A DNA stretch of 64,000 bases from IMG/VR virus record IMGVR_UViG_3300030376_007431, positions 1-64,000 of that record; one strand, written 5' to 3'. Numbering within the stretch: the stretch's first letter is position 1; each line of letters begins with the position of its first letter. Made by a program: the position numbers and the translations under genes. This DNA comes from a virus. Taxonomy: Duplodnaviria; Caudoviricetes. Below, piece after piece: positions 1-8,895 of the stretch. A model generated the notes under the pieces. That model had not been told where the DNA came from and did not search any database. It saw only the letters and a program-made list of their open reading frames with translations.

Positions 1-418
1 CTGGTATGGCACAGCAGATAACAATATAGAAAAACGTGTTGGCATGGTTAATATATCTACCATAGGTAGAGATTGCACCAGCGAACAACGGTCAGAATAC
101 TGTGAGTGGGATAAAGATAACCTTGAGCGTGAAACGATAGCTGATGTAATTAACTCAAATTTTGAGGACATTGAAGCTGTTATCGGTGGAGAGATTAGTA
201 TAGATATTTATCCCAAAGGCAAAGACAAATCGCAGATTCTTGGATGTCTTGAGGGTAAGAATATATTTTTTGGAGACAGTTGTCATCTCGGAGGTAACGA
301 CTATACTATAGCTGAAGCCGCTTACGAAAAATATCATGTAGCAGATTGGACTCAGACTAGAGATATTCTAGCGGTTATGGATAAGATGAGAGAAATTGAC
401 CTAGAGCCTGTAAAATGA
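1..418 (+). CDS. Eukaryotic-type phosphomannomutase (HAD-IIB, PMM family), 5'-truncated by the window edge
   Basis: Frame is open upstream of the track start (WYGTADNNIEKRVGMVNISTIGR). PMM motifs: GMxNxSxIGR, GGEISIDIYPKGKDK and FFGDxxxxGGNDY. Confidence 0.8.
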   Translation, partial: WYGTADNNIEKRVGMVNISTIGRDCTSEQRSEYCEWDKDNLERETIADVINSNFEDIEAVIGGEISIDIYPKGKDKSQILGCLEGKNIFFGDSCHLGGNDYTIAEAAYEKYHVADWTQTRDILAVMDKMREIDLEPVK

Positions 419-675
419 AATATTTAATAAAGTGCTGTGGACGGATTGTCGATGTAGATAATAAACCAATATGGTGTATTAAATGTGGCGAACACGATAT
501 AGAAGTAGTAAAATTCACAGACGACACGATGTTACCATGTCCTTTCTGTGGTGGTGAGCCAATGGCCGAGTCATTAGCTGGTATGTATTGGTACGAATGT
601 GACGATTGCACAGCCTCTTCTGGACATGCAGATGACTGGGTTAAAGCAAGAAAGAACTGGAATGGAAGAAAATAA
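415..675 (+). CDS. Lar (restriction alleviation)-like zinc-finger protein
   Basis: LPCPFCGG...YECDDC...A..NWNGR pattern typical of the Lar family; extra N-terminal Cys pairs. Confidence 0.6.
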   Translation: MKYLIKCCGRIVDVDNKPIWCIKCGEHDIEVVKFTDDTMLPCPFCGGEPMAESLAGMYWYECDDCTASSGHADDWVKARKNWNGRK

Positions 676-829
676 ACATATAGAGTGGTTAGAATCTGAA
701 CAGCAGTGGATCGTTTGGGACGAAGCAGAAATGGCTGTAGGTTTCTATGATACTTATGCGGAAGCGGCAACAGCATTTAAGTTTTATTGTTTAGAATTAC
801 TTGAAGATGAGGAGCCTGACAGTGTGTGA
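662..829 (+). CDS. Small hypothetical protein (MEENKHIEW...)
   Basis: ATG at 662 overlaps the upstream gene end; in frame with track ORF 599..829. Confidence 0.5.
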   Translation: MEENKHIEWLESEQQWIVWDEAEMAVGFYDTYAEAATAFKFYCLELLEDEEPDSV

Positions 830-980
830 CGATCTTTATAAAAATGAATTTGAAGCTAAACTCGCAAAGGCTGAAAGAAAATGGGAGTTTAGGTATCAAC
901 AGCAATGGAAAAAACAAAAAGAACTCGAAGAAACTATCGACAGACTAAGGCAAAAAATAAGAGAATTGAAGAATGGATGA
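822..980 (+). CDS. Small coiled-coil hypothetical protein, 52 aa (not in ORF track)
   Basis: GTG start; VCDDLYKNEFEAKLAKAERKWEFRYQQQWKKQKELEETIDRLRQKIRELKNG*. Fills the gap between neighbours with overlaps at both ends. Confidence 0.55.
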   Translation: MCDDLYKNEFEAKLAKAERKWEFRYQQQWKKQKELEETIDRLRQKIRELKNG

Positions 981-1185
981 AATAATTTTCAAAGATTATC
1001 GTGATCCATTTCGAGCATTTAATATACATATGTCAATCATATGTGATTTAGAGCAAGGTGGAAAGATAACTGAAGAAGAAGCGTTTGCTCAAATAAAAGA
1101 TTTATATAAACAGTTTAAGTATTATTATAAATATACAGTAAAACCAAAACTAGAAACTATGGACAAGAAAGGTTATTATAAATGA
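973..1185 (+). CDS. Conserved small hypothetical protein
   Basis: ICDLEQGGKITEEEAFAQIKDLY resembles a small marine bacterial/phage family (recollection); coupled to neighbours. Confidence 0.55.
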   Translation: MDEIIFKDYRDPFRAFNIHMSIICDLEQGGKITEEEAFAQIKDLYKQFKYYYKYTVKPKLETMDKKGYYK

Positions 1186-1634
1186 GTGGAAGAGTAGTCG
1201 TCGTTAGTGGTTATTTTAATCCAATTCATTCTGGTCATCTTGATTATTTGGAATCGGCTAAAGAGTTAGGTGACTATTTAATAGTTATAGTAAATAATGA
1301 CAAACAAGTTGAATTAAAAGGTAGTGTACCCTTCATGGATGAAGAAGAAAGAGTTAAGATTGTATCTAGTCTCAGGTGTGTAAACAGGGCTGTAGTTTCT
1401 ATAGATGACGATCCTACCGTTTGTCAAAGTATAAAAAAAGAATATCACAGGCTACAGGACGACCCTTTCTTTATTGGAATGGCTTTTGCTAATGGAGGAG
1501 ATAGAAAAAAGGGCGGTGTTCCTGAAGATGTATTAGAAGAAGAGCTTGGAATTAATATGATATATAATGTTGGAGGAAAGAAAACTCAATCATCCAGTAG
1601 ACTAATACAAACAAGCAAGATTAGAAATGTATAA
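1182..1634 (+). CDS. Cytidylyltransferase-like protein (HxGH superfamily; TagD/RfaE-II/FAD-synthetase-like)
   Basis: VVVSGYFNPIHSGHLDYL (HxGH), ERVKIVSSLRCV, FANGGDR, KTQSSS. Confidence 0.85.
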   Translation: MSGRVVVVSGYFNPIHSGHLDYLESAKELGDYLIVIVNNDKQVELKGSVPFMDEEERVKIVSSLRCVNRAVVSIDDDPTVCQSIKKEYHRLQDDPFFIGMAFANGGDRKKGGVPEDVLEEELGINMIYNVGGKKTQSSSRLIQTSKIRNV

Positions 1635-2262
1635 CTTTAGAGTTGAGAAGTGTCGCAAGTATTTCAAAGAGAACTATTTTGACTTACTTAGAGATTCTGG
1701 TGTTTATTTCTGGATTGCGGGAGGCTGTGTTGCCGATAATATATTTGACAGAGAATATAGAGATGTCGATCTTTTCTTTAGATCAAAGGAAGAAAGTCAG
1801 AAAGCTATAGATTTTTGTGTTGCAAATTATGGATTCGATGGTATAAAGAAATACAACATGCTTGAGGCTTTCCTCTCGCACAGAATGGACACTTGGGAGT
1901 TCTGGCATTATCCAAACTTTGATGACCTCACTCCAACAGTTTGTATAAAGTATTTTGACTTTACAGTAAGTGCGTGTGCCATAGATTCTGATTTGAATTT
2001 TTATTATTGCGAGAATTTTTTTAAGGACAACGATAATCGCAATTTAGTTTACACTGGAAATCATTATAACCTTAGCAATGGTAGACATACCACATGTATC
2101 AATAGGCTATATCGCTATATGCAAAAGGGCTTTGATCTTAAAAACTTAGATTTTTGGGTAGAGTCTAACGCAGAAAGAACCGATATGATAAATGGTGACA
2201 CTCATTGGGAGCCAGTTATTGAAACACAATTAAATATTATAGTAGATAGATACAATGGCTAA
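1627..2262 (+). CDS. Stand-alone nucleotidyltransferase (polyA polymerase/CCA-enzyme head-domain-like)
   Basis: IAGGCVAD...DVDLFF catalytic motif; FDFTVSACAID resembles RDFTINA. Confidence 0.65.
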   Translation: MYNFRVEKCRKYFKENYFDLLRDSGVYFWIAGGCVADNIFDREYRDVDLFFRSKEESQKAIDFCVANYGFDGIKKYNMLEAFLSHRMDTWEFWHYPNFDDLTPTVCIKYFDFTVSACAIDSDLNFYYCENFFKDNDNRNLVYTGNHYNLSNGRHTTCINRLYRYMQKGFDLKNLDFWVESNAERTDMINGDTHWEPVIETQLNIIVDRYNG

Positions 2263-2434
2263 GAAAAAGACATTCAAAAAACCAGAAAACAATGAAGAAG
2301 AGCTTGAAAATTTCCGATTACATATTAAAATGATTAATGAGAAGACCAAAGCGATAGTAGAAAAATATCGCAAATGGTGGGATAAAGATAAGAGAACATG
2401 GAAAAAAGGATTCAAAGGACATGGACATTCGTGA
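2255..2434 (+). CDS. Basic hypothetical protein, 59 aa (not in ORF track)
   Basis: MAKKKTFKKPENNEEELENFRLHIKMINEKTKAIVEKYRKWWDKDKRTWKKGFKGHGHS*; overlaps both neighbours. Confidence 0.55.
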   Translation: MAKKKTFKKPENNEEELENFRLHIKMINEKTKAIVEKYRKWWDKDKRTWKKGFKGHGHS

Positions 2435-2672
2435 AGAGTTGTGTGAACGTCACGGCGATGATCTTCTGTTTGCCGATGGTTATGACGATGCTATTATTGG
2501 CGTTTGTGTTGGCTTCGACTCAGGAAGGGTTGCTTACTCTATTCCGAAAATGATTGAGATAGCGGCAAACGATCTCAGTGTAGATTATAATGAGGCTGTT
2601 GAGTGGCTTGAGTATAATACTTTTGGAGCATACGTTGGAGAAAACACACCTATTTATATGGAGGCTATATAG
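2421..2672 (+). CDS. Conserved phage hypothetical protein
   Basis: LLFADGYDDAIIG...EAVEWLEYNT.GAY.GE.TP pattern recalled from marine phage proteins. Confidence 0.65.
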   Translation: MDIREELCERHGDDLLFADGYDDAIIGVCVGFDSGRVAYSIPKMIEIAANDLSVDYNEAVEWLEYNTFGAYVGENTPIYMEAI

Positions 2673-2674
2673 AC

Positions 2675-2809
2675 ATGGAACCATTGTATGCAGGACTGTT
2701 AGCTTGGTTAATTGAGTTAAGCGTTGCAGGTGTGGCATTTTACCTACTGCGTAGGGAAGAGAATAAAGTATACCGAAGGAGAGAAGATGACAAGACCAGA
2801 AAAAGTTGA
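2675..2809 (+). CDS. Small membrane protein, 44 aa (not in ORF track)
   Basis: MEPLYAGLLAWLIELSVAGVAFYLLRREENK...: one hydrophobic helix plus a charged tail. Confidence 0.5.
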   Translation: MEPLYAGLLAWLIELSVAGVAFYLLRREENKVYRRREDDKTRKS

Positions 2810-2972
2810 GTGTATCGACTGTAATAAAAGCACATCTAATTATTATGTTATAAAAACCAATAAGGGTGATGTATATAGATGTGAGAAGTGTTACGAATCA
2901 AATTTCATGAGAAGGCAAAGAAATGAATACTCAAACTACAGCGATTCGCTCCAAAAAGCAAAAAAAGTCTAG
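2787..2972 (+). CDS. Small zinc-finger hypothetical protein
   Basis: CIDC...CEKC; AGGAG upstream of ATG 2787. Confidence 0.5.
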   Translation: MTRPEKVECIDCNKSTSNYYVIKTNKGDVYRCEKCYESNFMRRQRNEYSNYSDSLQKAKKV

Positions 2973-3366
2973 GACACCTAGAAAGAGTTGCCCTGAGTGT
3001 GGACAACACTGCCATGCTAGATCATCTTCTTGTGAGTGCGGTCATATATTTTTTCACAAGCAACTTTCCGTTGTTGAGGATTGGACTATGCTTGGCTTTG
3101 GGGACACTATAAAGTCAGTCAAGGGCAATGGTTCATACTGGCTAAACCCTGAAACCAAAGATAAGACCTATATGGGAGTGTATGGTAAGCTAATAGTCAA
3201 GGAAACAGTGTCTGATGGAGTTCTAGCCTACAAGGTAGTAAAGGGCATGAAGCACCACATATTGGAGTTTATCTATATGGGTAAAGCAAAGAAATCTGAC
3301 CTATTAGATAACTACTATAATAGGCCGCATAAATTAATTTGGGATAAAAAAGTAAAAATACGTTGA
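2923..3366 (+). CDS. Hypothetical protein with N-terminal zinc ribbon
   Basis: CPECG...CECGH. Confidence 0.6.
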   Translation: MNTQTTAIRSKKQKKSRTPRKSCPECGQHCHARSSSCECGHIFFHKQLSVVEDWTMLGFGDTIKSVKGNGSYWLNPETKDKTYMGVYGKLIVKETVSDGVLAYKVVKGMKHHILEFIYMGKAKKSDLLDNYYNRPHKLIWDKKVKIR

Positions 3367-3391
3367 CAATGGCCGCTGGCTATTCTATAAT
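3363..3391 (+). promoter_or_regulatory. Perfect sigma-70 consensus promoter
   Basis: TTGACA (3363-3368), 17-nt spacer, TATAAT (3386-3391), in an intergenic gap. Confidence 0.85.
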
Positions 3392-3429
3392 ATGTTGTAA
3401 CTTGTTTTTTTTAATTGGAGGATTTAATC

Positions 3430-3636
3430 ATGATTGATTGGGGTACTATTTTGTCTAACAAGACTAGAGTAAAGGCTGTAAAGAAATTCGCTCATAGCGA
3501 AGGGACAGGCCGAGAACTTACCTCAAGTTTTGCAAACACTGAAGGTAGTGGAGAAGTTCGTAATCTTCTTCGCAGTCACGGTGTAACTTACGGTCGCCGT
3601 CTTGCACGCAAGGCATTGAAGCGACGAGGATATTAA
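3430..3636 (+). CDS. Small basic hypothetical protein
   Basis: GGAGG RBS before ATG 3430; directly downstream of the consensus promoter. Confidence 0.65.
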   Translation: MIDWGTILSNKTRVKAVKKFAHSEGTGRELTSSFANTEGSGEVRNLLRSHGVTYGRRLARKALKRRGY

Positions 3637-3657
3637 TTTTTTTAGGAGTATAACACG

Positions 3658-4047
3658 ATGAATAATTTTGTAACTTTCGAGGGAAACCTCACTAAAGACC
3701 CAGAGCATAAGATGATTAACGAGACTCGTGACCTAGCTGTGTTCCGCATGGCAATCAACGAGCGAATCAGCAAAGACTATGAAGAGACTTTGTATATTGA
3801 CGTTAACGCTTGGGGTTATCAGGCATCTTACTGTAAGAATGTTGAACTCTCTAAGGGTGATCGAGTCAGCGTTCGAGGTCGTCTACAAGATCGCTCTTGG
3901 ACTGACCAAGAAGGCAATAAGAGGTTTTCTATGGTTGTTGTACCAGAGAACATCGCTAAAGTTGTTCGCGCTCCTAAAAAGCAGGATCAAGGCTTTGCTT
4001 CAGCAGCCCCTGCTTCGGCGGCCTCTGCTACAGAAGATGTGTTTTAA
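3658..4047 (+). CDS. ssb: Single-stranded DNA-binding protein (copy 1)
   Basis: NxVxxxGNLTxDPE OB-fold start, VSVRGRLQDRSW.D.EG.KR, acidic/aromatic C-terminus (TEDVF). Confidence 0.9.
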   Translation: MNNFVTFEGNLTKDPEHKMINETRDLAVFRMAINERISKDYEETLYIDVNAWGYQASYCKNVELSKGDRVSVRGRLQDRSWTDQEGNKRFSMVVVPENIAKVVRAPKKQDQGFASAAPASAASATEDVF

Positions 4048-4060
4048 TAGAGATGAGAGT

Positions 4061-4092
4061 CTGGCGGGAGGAAACTCCCGTCAGCTTTATTA
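4061..4092 (+). terminator. Probable intrinsic terminator hairpin after ssb
   Basis: CTGGCGGGAG-GAAA-CTCCCGTCAG, a 10-bp stem with a GNRA loop, followed by CTTTATTA. Confidence 0.65.
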
Positions 4093-4274
4093 TGAATAAA
4101 AATAGAATATATGATAGACTACAACGTATCAATGATTCCATATTTGATCTTGATTGCAAAGTCGATTCTGTTATCACAGAACACGATAGAAGAGAATATA
4201 TGAAGAAGAGATCGAAGCTAGTAAAACAAAGAAACAAACTCAAGAAGAGATTGCATAATAGTCATGAGCGATAA
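4092..4274 (+). CDS. Small coiled-coil hypothetical protein
   Basis: ATG 4092 (MNKNRIYDRLQ...) in frame with track ORF 4053..4274. Confidence 0.5.
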   Translation: MNKNRIYDRLQRINDSIFDLDCKVDSVITEHDRREYMKKRSKLVKQRNKLKKRLHNSHER

Positions 4275-4473
4275 AAAAAATATTAGAAAGCTAAAGGCTC
4301 GTAAGAAAAGAGTAAAAGCTAAAATTCTAAAACGAAGGCAGGCACACCGCAAAGACGTAAAAGATAAGAAAGAAATCTGGAAAATCAAGCGTCAGGGAGA
4401 GAAGTTAAGCAACAGACTTACTGGTGCTACTTATAGAAAACCAAAAGAAATTTCAGAAAACACTGAAGAATAA
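4264..4473 (+). CDS. Highly basic hypothetical protein
   Basis: K/R-rich 69-aa ORF. Confidence 0.55.
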   Translation: MSDKKNIRKLKARKKRVKAKILKRRQAHRKDVKDKKEIWKIKRQGEKLSNRLTGATYRKPKEISENTEE

Positions 4474-4475
4474 TC

Positions 4476-4503
4476 TTGCAAACGACGATTAGTATAGTAT
4501 AAT
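4476..4503 (+). promoter_or_regulatory. Sigma-70-like promoter upstream of rIIA
   Basis: TTGCAA (4476-4481), 16-nt spacer, TATAAT (4498-4503). Confidence 0.65.
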
Positions 4504-4547
4504 AAGACACGTATCAGGTTAATAACACGTTATAGGGGATTCAAATT

Positions 4548-6659
4548 ATGAAATTACAAACTAATCAAAACACTATTCAACGATCATCCGACTTTCAGTC
4601 AACCAGTTATAAGATCGAGGCTACCGCAAAAGCGTTCTCTATCTTGTCAGATGGTCTTTACTCAAACAAGATCAAAGCAGTTATTCGTGAGCTATCTACT
4701 AATGCGTATGATGCTCATGTCTCGGCAGGCTGTCCTGATTCCCCGTTCCGTGTTCAGCTTCCAACAAAGCTGGAGCCGGTATTTGTCGTGCGTGACTTTG
4801 GCACAGGCCTTAGTTACGATGACTGCTTTAATCTTTATACTACTTACTTCGGTAGCAACAAGACTGACTCCAACGATGCTGTTGGTTGCTTAGGTCTTGG
4901 CAGTAAATCTCCCTTTGCCTATACTGACTCCTTCATGGTTGAGTCTTTCTTCAACGGCACTCGCTACGTTTTCAATTCTTATATGAATGAAACTGGTTCT
5001 CCTGAGTTTGCAATGTTACACGAAGAGTCTACCGATGAGCCTAACGGTATGCAGATTAGCATGAACGTAGAGTCTAATGATATTTGGGAATTTGAGAATG
5101 AAGCCAACTTGATCTTCCAACATTTTATTGTTCGTCCAGAGATTAATGCCGAGCTTGAATATAAGACTGAAGAGGTTAAGATTGGTGGTGACAACTGGTC
5201 TGTTCTTAAAAGACGCTCTGGCAACCATGTTATCATGGGTCAAATTTTATACCCTATTGACGACACGCAGTTCCAGAGTGAAGAGACAGACGACATCTGG
5301 CGTGCGCTCCGAACGCTTGGTAATCTCCGCTTGCACATGGACATTGGTGACATTGACATCACTCCTTCTCGTGAGTCCATCTCTTACACTGGCAGAACTA
5401 AGTATAATATTACTTGTGCCATTAATCGCATCATAGAAAGCATTGGAGAAAAGGCCAAAGCGGAAATACTTGCCTGTACTAATCTTTGGAGTGCAAGATG
5501 GAGAGCTATGGAAATCTTTGATACTGTTGGTAGGATTGGCAACTTGGCAGACGATATGCTGTTTGAGATAGAGTTCAACGGTCAGAAGGTTTTTGAGGAT
5601 GGTTCAGAATTCATAAAGCTGAAGACAGATGATGATCAAAGACTGACGATTGTACGTTATGACAAATCAAGATGGCGTGAGACTTGCTCAAGAGAAGATG
5701 TATACCACATCCGTGCTGGCAAAGGTCATGTCTTCTATCAGGACAAGAAGTCAGGTAGTGTTGCTCGTATAAGACACTTACTGAGAGAAGAAGGCGAAGG
5801 TATCGTATATCTTATTCCTAATGGGAAGTTAGAACAGGCCGCTAAATGTTTTGGTTGCGAGCCAGAGTACATCACCAACGTGACTACTCTCCCTGCTCCT
5901 CCAAAGCAAGTATCTAAGACTACATCTAGCTCATCATACGTTGCTGGTCTTGATGGTCTGTACAAGTCTAAAGGTCAAGGCTACCATGAATGGTGTGGAC
6001 GGACTTATAACGTAGGTGTTAAAGAAGAGGATGCTTACTATATTATTCAGACCAGAGGTGACATGGAGATCAAGGGTTACAATGTCGGTACTCGTTATAT
6101 CAAATCGGCTCTCACTGTTTTGGATTCGCTTGGTGTTGATACAAGTCACCTAAGTGAGAAGTTATTCTTTGTAACTCCATCCAAAGCTAAGACCATGAAG
6201 CTCGAAGAACGGGATAACTGGCAGGATGGACTAGAATATATCCAAAACCAGATCAAGCGTCAACTTGTCATTATGACTAACGATCTTACGTTGTTCCATA
6301 ATTCATCCACTGGTAAGTGGTCTATCGGCAACGAACACACAGGGCGTGTAGCTACACTGCAAGAGTTACATCCGCTCCTGAATAGTCGTGGAGACTTCTA
6401 CGAGTTTTCTAAGTTGTTCCATCCAGACTACAGCGTTGATAAGGTCGTGTTGTCAGATTTGAAAGAAGTATCTCAGCGTCTGAAAGTATGGACAGATTTT
6501 GCAGAGAATCTGGAAGAAAATTCAAGTAAGTCACTTGATACTGACGAATTATATGATAGTATAGTAGAGAAGTATCCGATGTTGCAGTTTGTTACAGGCT
6601 GGATGTCGGACGAACAGTTACAAGTTGTTGCAAATTATATTGATAGTATGGAGGTGTGA
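4548..6659 (+). CDS. rIIA: T4 rIIA-like protein (N-terminal GHKL/Hsp90-like ATPase)
   Basis: AFSILSDGLYSNKIKAVIRELSTNAYDAH, RDFGTGLS, GCLGLGSKSPFAYTDSF; followed by an rIIB-like gene. Confidence 0.85.
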   Translation: MKLQTNQNTIQRSSDFQSTSYKIEATAKAFSILSDGLYSNKIKAVIRELSTNAYDAHVSAGCPDSPFRVQLPTKLEPVFVVRDFGTGLSYDDCFNLYTTYFGSNKTDSNDAVGCLGLGSKSPFAYTDSFMVESFFNGTRYVFNSYMNETGSPEFAMLHEESTDEPNGMQISMNVESNDIWEFENEANLIFQHFIVRPEINAELEYKTEEVKIGGDNWSVLKRRSGNHVIMGQILYPIDDTQFQSEETDDIWRALRTLGNLRLHMDIGDIDITPSRESISYTGRTKYNITCAINRIIESIGEKAKAEILACTNLWSARWRAMEIFDTVGRIGNLADDMLFEIEFNGQKVFEDGSEFIKLKTDDDQRLTIVRYDKSRWRETCSREDVYHIRAGKGHVFYQDKKSGSVARIRHLLREEGEGIVYLIPNGKLEQAAKCFGCEPEYITNVTTLPAPPKQVSKTTSSSSYVAGLDGLYKSKGQGYHEWCGRTYNVGVKEEDAYYIIQTRGDMEIKGYNVGTRYIKSALTVLDSLGVDTSHLSEKLFFVTPSKAKTMKLEERDNWQDGLEYIQNQIKRQLVIMTNDLTLFHNSSTGKWSIGNEHTGRVATLQELHPLLNSRGDFYEFSKLFHPDYSVDKVVLSDLKEVSQRLKVWTDFAENLEENSSKSLDTDELYDSIVEKYPMLQFVTGWMSDEQLQVVANYIDSMEV

Positions 6660-6660
6660 T

Positions 6661-7533
6661 ATGAAATATATCATTAGTGATTCAGGTGTAGTAAATGCTT
6701 TTGTTGGTGGCGAGGCGTATACTTTTGACAAGAACCACCACAATTATAATTCTCTCATTCGCCATTTGAAGGGTGGCAATGTAGAACACTTTGAGGCGGC
6801 ATACGATGTTGCATCTTCAGTAGAGCATTTCTGTGATGGTTATGTACATGTTAAGAATGGAACACTGAACTGGAACGGGATTCCAATGCCAGAACTGTTC
6901 ACTGATCGTATCTTAGACATGAAGAAGGAAGGCTTTGACTTTGATTCCATGCTTAACTTCATGTGCAATCTAAATGATAATCCATCAGACAAATCTATCC
7001 TAGAATTGTTTGACTTCATGCAGAACAAGAATCTGCCGATCACACAAGACGGTCACTTCTTGGCTTACAAAGCTGTACGTCCAGACTTCAAAGATATTTA
7101 CAGTGGCTCGATTGACAATAGTATTGGCGAAGTGGTTGAGGTTGATCGTTCTAAGGTTGATGGTAATCGTAATCGACATTGTAGTGCAGGCCTTCACGTT
7201 GGAGCTATCGACTATGTTACCAGCTACGGCGGTATCAGTTTGGATAATCATGATAACAATGACAGTGACGGTGGAAACCAGATTGTCATCTGCAAAGTTA
7301 ATCCTGCTGATGTTGTGAGCGTACCAAGTGACTCTCGCTTTCAGAAGCTCCGAGCCTGTCGCTACGAAGTAGTCGCAATCTTTGAAGATGTGTTTGATAA
7401 AGCTGTTGAAGTTTTGGGTTCTACGGTTGATAATGTTAGTGTCGTAAAGTATAATGATGCTTGGAAAGAAGACATCCGTGTTCGACTTGAGCGTTTATCA
7501 ACAGTCCTCAAAGGACAGAGTGTAGGAGTTTAG
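6661..7533 (+). CDS. rIIB: T4 rIIB-like protein
   Basis: LPITQDGHFLAYKAV, CSAGLHVG, KVNPADVVSVPSD...KLRACRYEVV; start taken as ATG 6661. Confidence 0.85.
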   Translation: MKYIISDSGVVNAFVGGEAYTFDKNHHNYNSLIRHLKGGNVEHFEAAYDVASSVEHFCDGYVHVKNGTLNWNGIPMPELFTDRILDMKKEGFDFDSMLNFMCNLNDNPSDKSILELFDFMQNKNLPITQDGHFLAYKAVRPDFKDIYSGSIDNSIGEVVEVDRSKVDGNRNRHCSAGLHVGAIDYVTSYGGISLDNHDNNDSDGGNQIVICKVNPADVVSVPSDSRFQKLRACRYEVVAIFEDVFDKAVEVLGSTVDNVSVVKYNDAWKEDIRVRLERLSTVLKGQSVGV

Positions 7534-7534
7534 A

Positions 7535-8437
7535 ATGAAGTGTATCGTTACTGGTGGCGCAGGTTTTATTGGTAGTCATATTGTTGACAGATTAATCGAG
7601 GATGGTAACGAGGTAATCTCGTTGGATAATGAGTCGGCTACATCTAATGAAGAATTTTATTGGAATCCGCAGGCTCATAAAGCTGTACTTGACATATGTG
7701 ATTATGATAAAATCGAACCTCTTTTTAAGGGTGTTAATTGCGTCTTCCATCTGGCGGCTGAAGCTCGTATTCAGCCAGCCATTAAGAATCCCTGCAAGGC
7801 ATCAGCTACCAATGTTTTGGGAACTTGTAACGTACTTCAGGCCGCTAGGGAGAACGGTGTAGATCGTGTGATTTACTCGTCTACATCGTCTGCCTACGGT
7901 TTAACCAACACTCCTCCTTTAACCGAGGACATGCCAAACGATTGCCTTAATCCTTATTCAGTCACTAAGGTTGCGGGTGAAGAGTTATGTAAAATGTATA
8001 CTAAACTATTTGGGCTGAAGACATTAACGCTGCGATACTTTAATGTGTATGGAGAACGGCAGCCGATTAAAGGCCAGTACGCTCCCGTTGTTGGTATATT
8101 CTTGTGTCAGACCGAAGCTGGTGAACCAATGACTATTGTTGGAGATGGTCTACAGAGAAGAGACTTCACGTATATCTCTGATGTTGTTGATGCTAATATG
8201 TTAGCGATGAATAGCGAAGCTGTTAACATATGGGGTCAAACCTGCAACATTGGTACTGGCAAAAATCACTCTGTTTTAGAGCTTGCAAAAATGATTGGCA
8301 CAAAGTATATTCATATGCCTGAAAGGTTAGGTGAGGCTAGAGTAACTTTGGCAGACATAACCAAAGCAAGATCTGTATTAGATTGGGAACCTAAAGTACA
8401 ACTTGAAGATTGGATAAAGGAATATACAAATGTTTAA
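7535..8437 (+). CDS. NAD-dependent nucleotide-sugar epimerase/dehydratase (extended SDR)
   Basis: TGGAGFIG, HLAA, SSTSSAYG, YSVTK (YxxxK), LRYFNVYG, RDFTY. Confidence 0.92.
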   Translation: MKCIVTGGAGFIGSHIVDRLIEDGNEVISLDNESATSNEEFYWNPQAHKAVLDICDYDKIEPLFKGVNCVFHLAAEARIQPAIKNPCKASATNVLGTCNVLQAARENGVDRVIYSSTSSAYGLTNTPPLTEDMPNDCLNPYSVTKVAGEELCKMYTKLFGLKTLTLRYFNVYGERQPIKGQYAPVVGIFLCQTEAGEPMTIVGDGLQRRDFTYISDVVDANMLAMNSEAVNIWGQTCNIGTGKNHSVLELAKMIGTKYIHMPERLGEARVTLADITKARSVLDWEPKVQLEDWIKEYTNV

Positions 8438-8873
8438 CAGTGAATTAGCTATGGTCTGGTCGCTGTTTTTTATGGCTCCATTCTTTGTATTTATTCTTTC
8501 AAGACTAGGACTTTTCTCCTCAGTTTACGCCGTTAAAACTCCAGAGGTTCATCATGTATACGAACCTGAAATAACTATAAGTTATGATCCTCCTATGTCA
8601 AGACAGGAACAGTGGGAAGCTATAGTTAACTCAACAGTGCAGAGCGCAATGGAGGGAGACAAATCTGCTAGAGACTGGGTTACTAAAAATGTTTTTCAGG
8701 AGCCGGTATCGCCTCAGAACCCAAGCTCTGCGTTAATTAGAGAGGCTGTAGATGCCCTAAAAACTGTTGGTTATAAGGCTGGCAATGTAAAAAAAGTTGC
8801 CAACGAGTTATGTGCCACGAATAACTACACAGTTCTGGAAGATTTGATACAAGATATTATTAAAAACTGTTGA
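8430..8873 (+). CDS. Membrane-anchored protein with C-terminal RuvA domain III-like segment
   Basis: N-terminal hydrophobic helix; C-terminal EAVDALKTVGYKAGNVKKV...EDLIQDIIK resembles the RuvA CTD (EAxxALxxLGY...EELIRxAL). Confidence 0.5.
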   Translation: MFNSELAMVWSLFFMAPFFVFILSRLGLFSSVYAVKTPEVHHVYEPEITISYDPPMSRQEQWEAIVNSTVQSAMEGDKSARDWVTKNVFQEPVSPQNPSSALIREAVDALKTVGYKAGNVKKVANELCATNNYTVLEDLIQDIIKNC

Positions 8874-8895
8874 TTTGTGTATAGAAGGTTGTACT

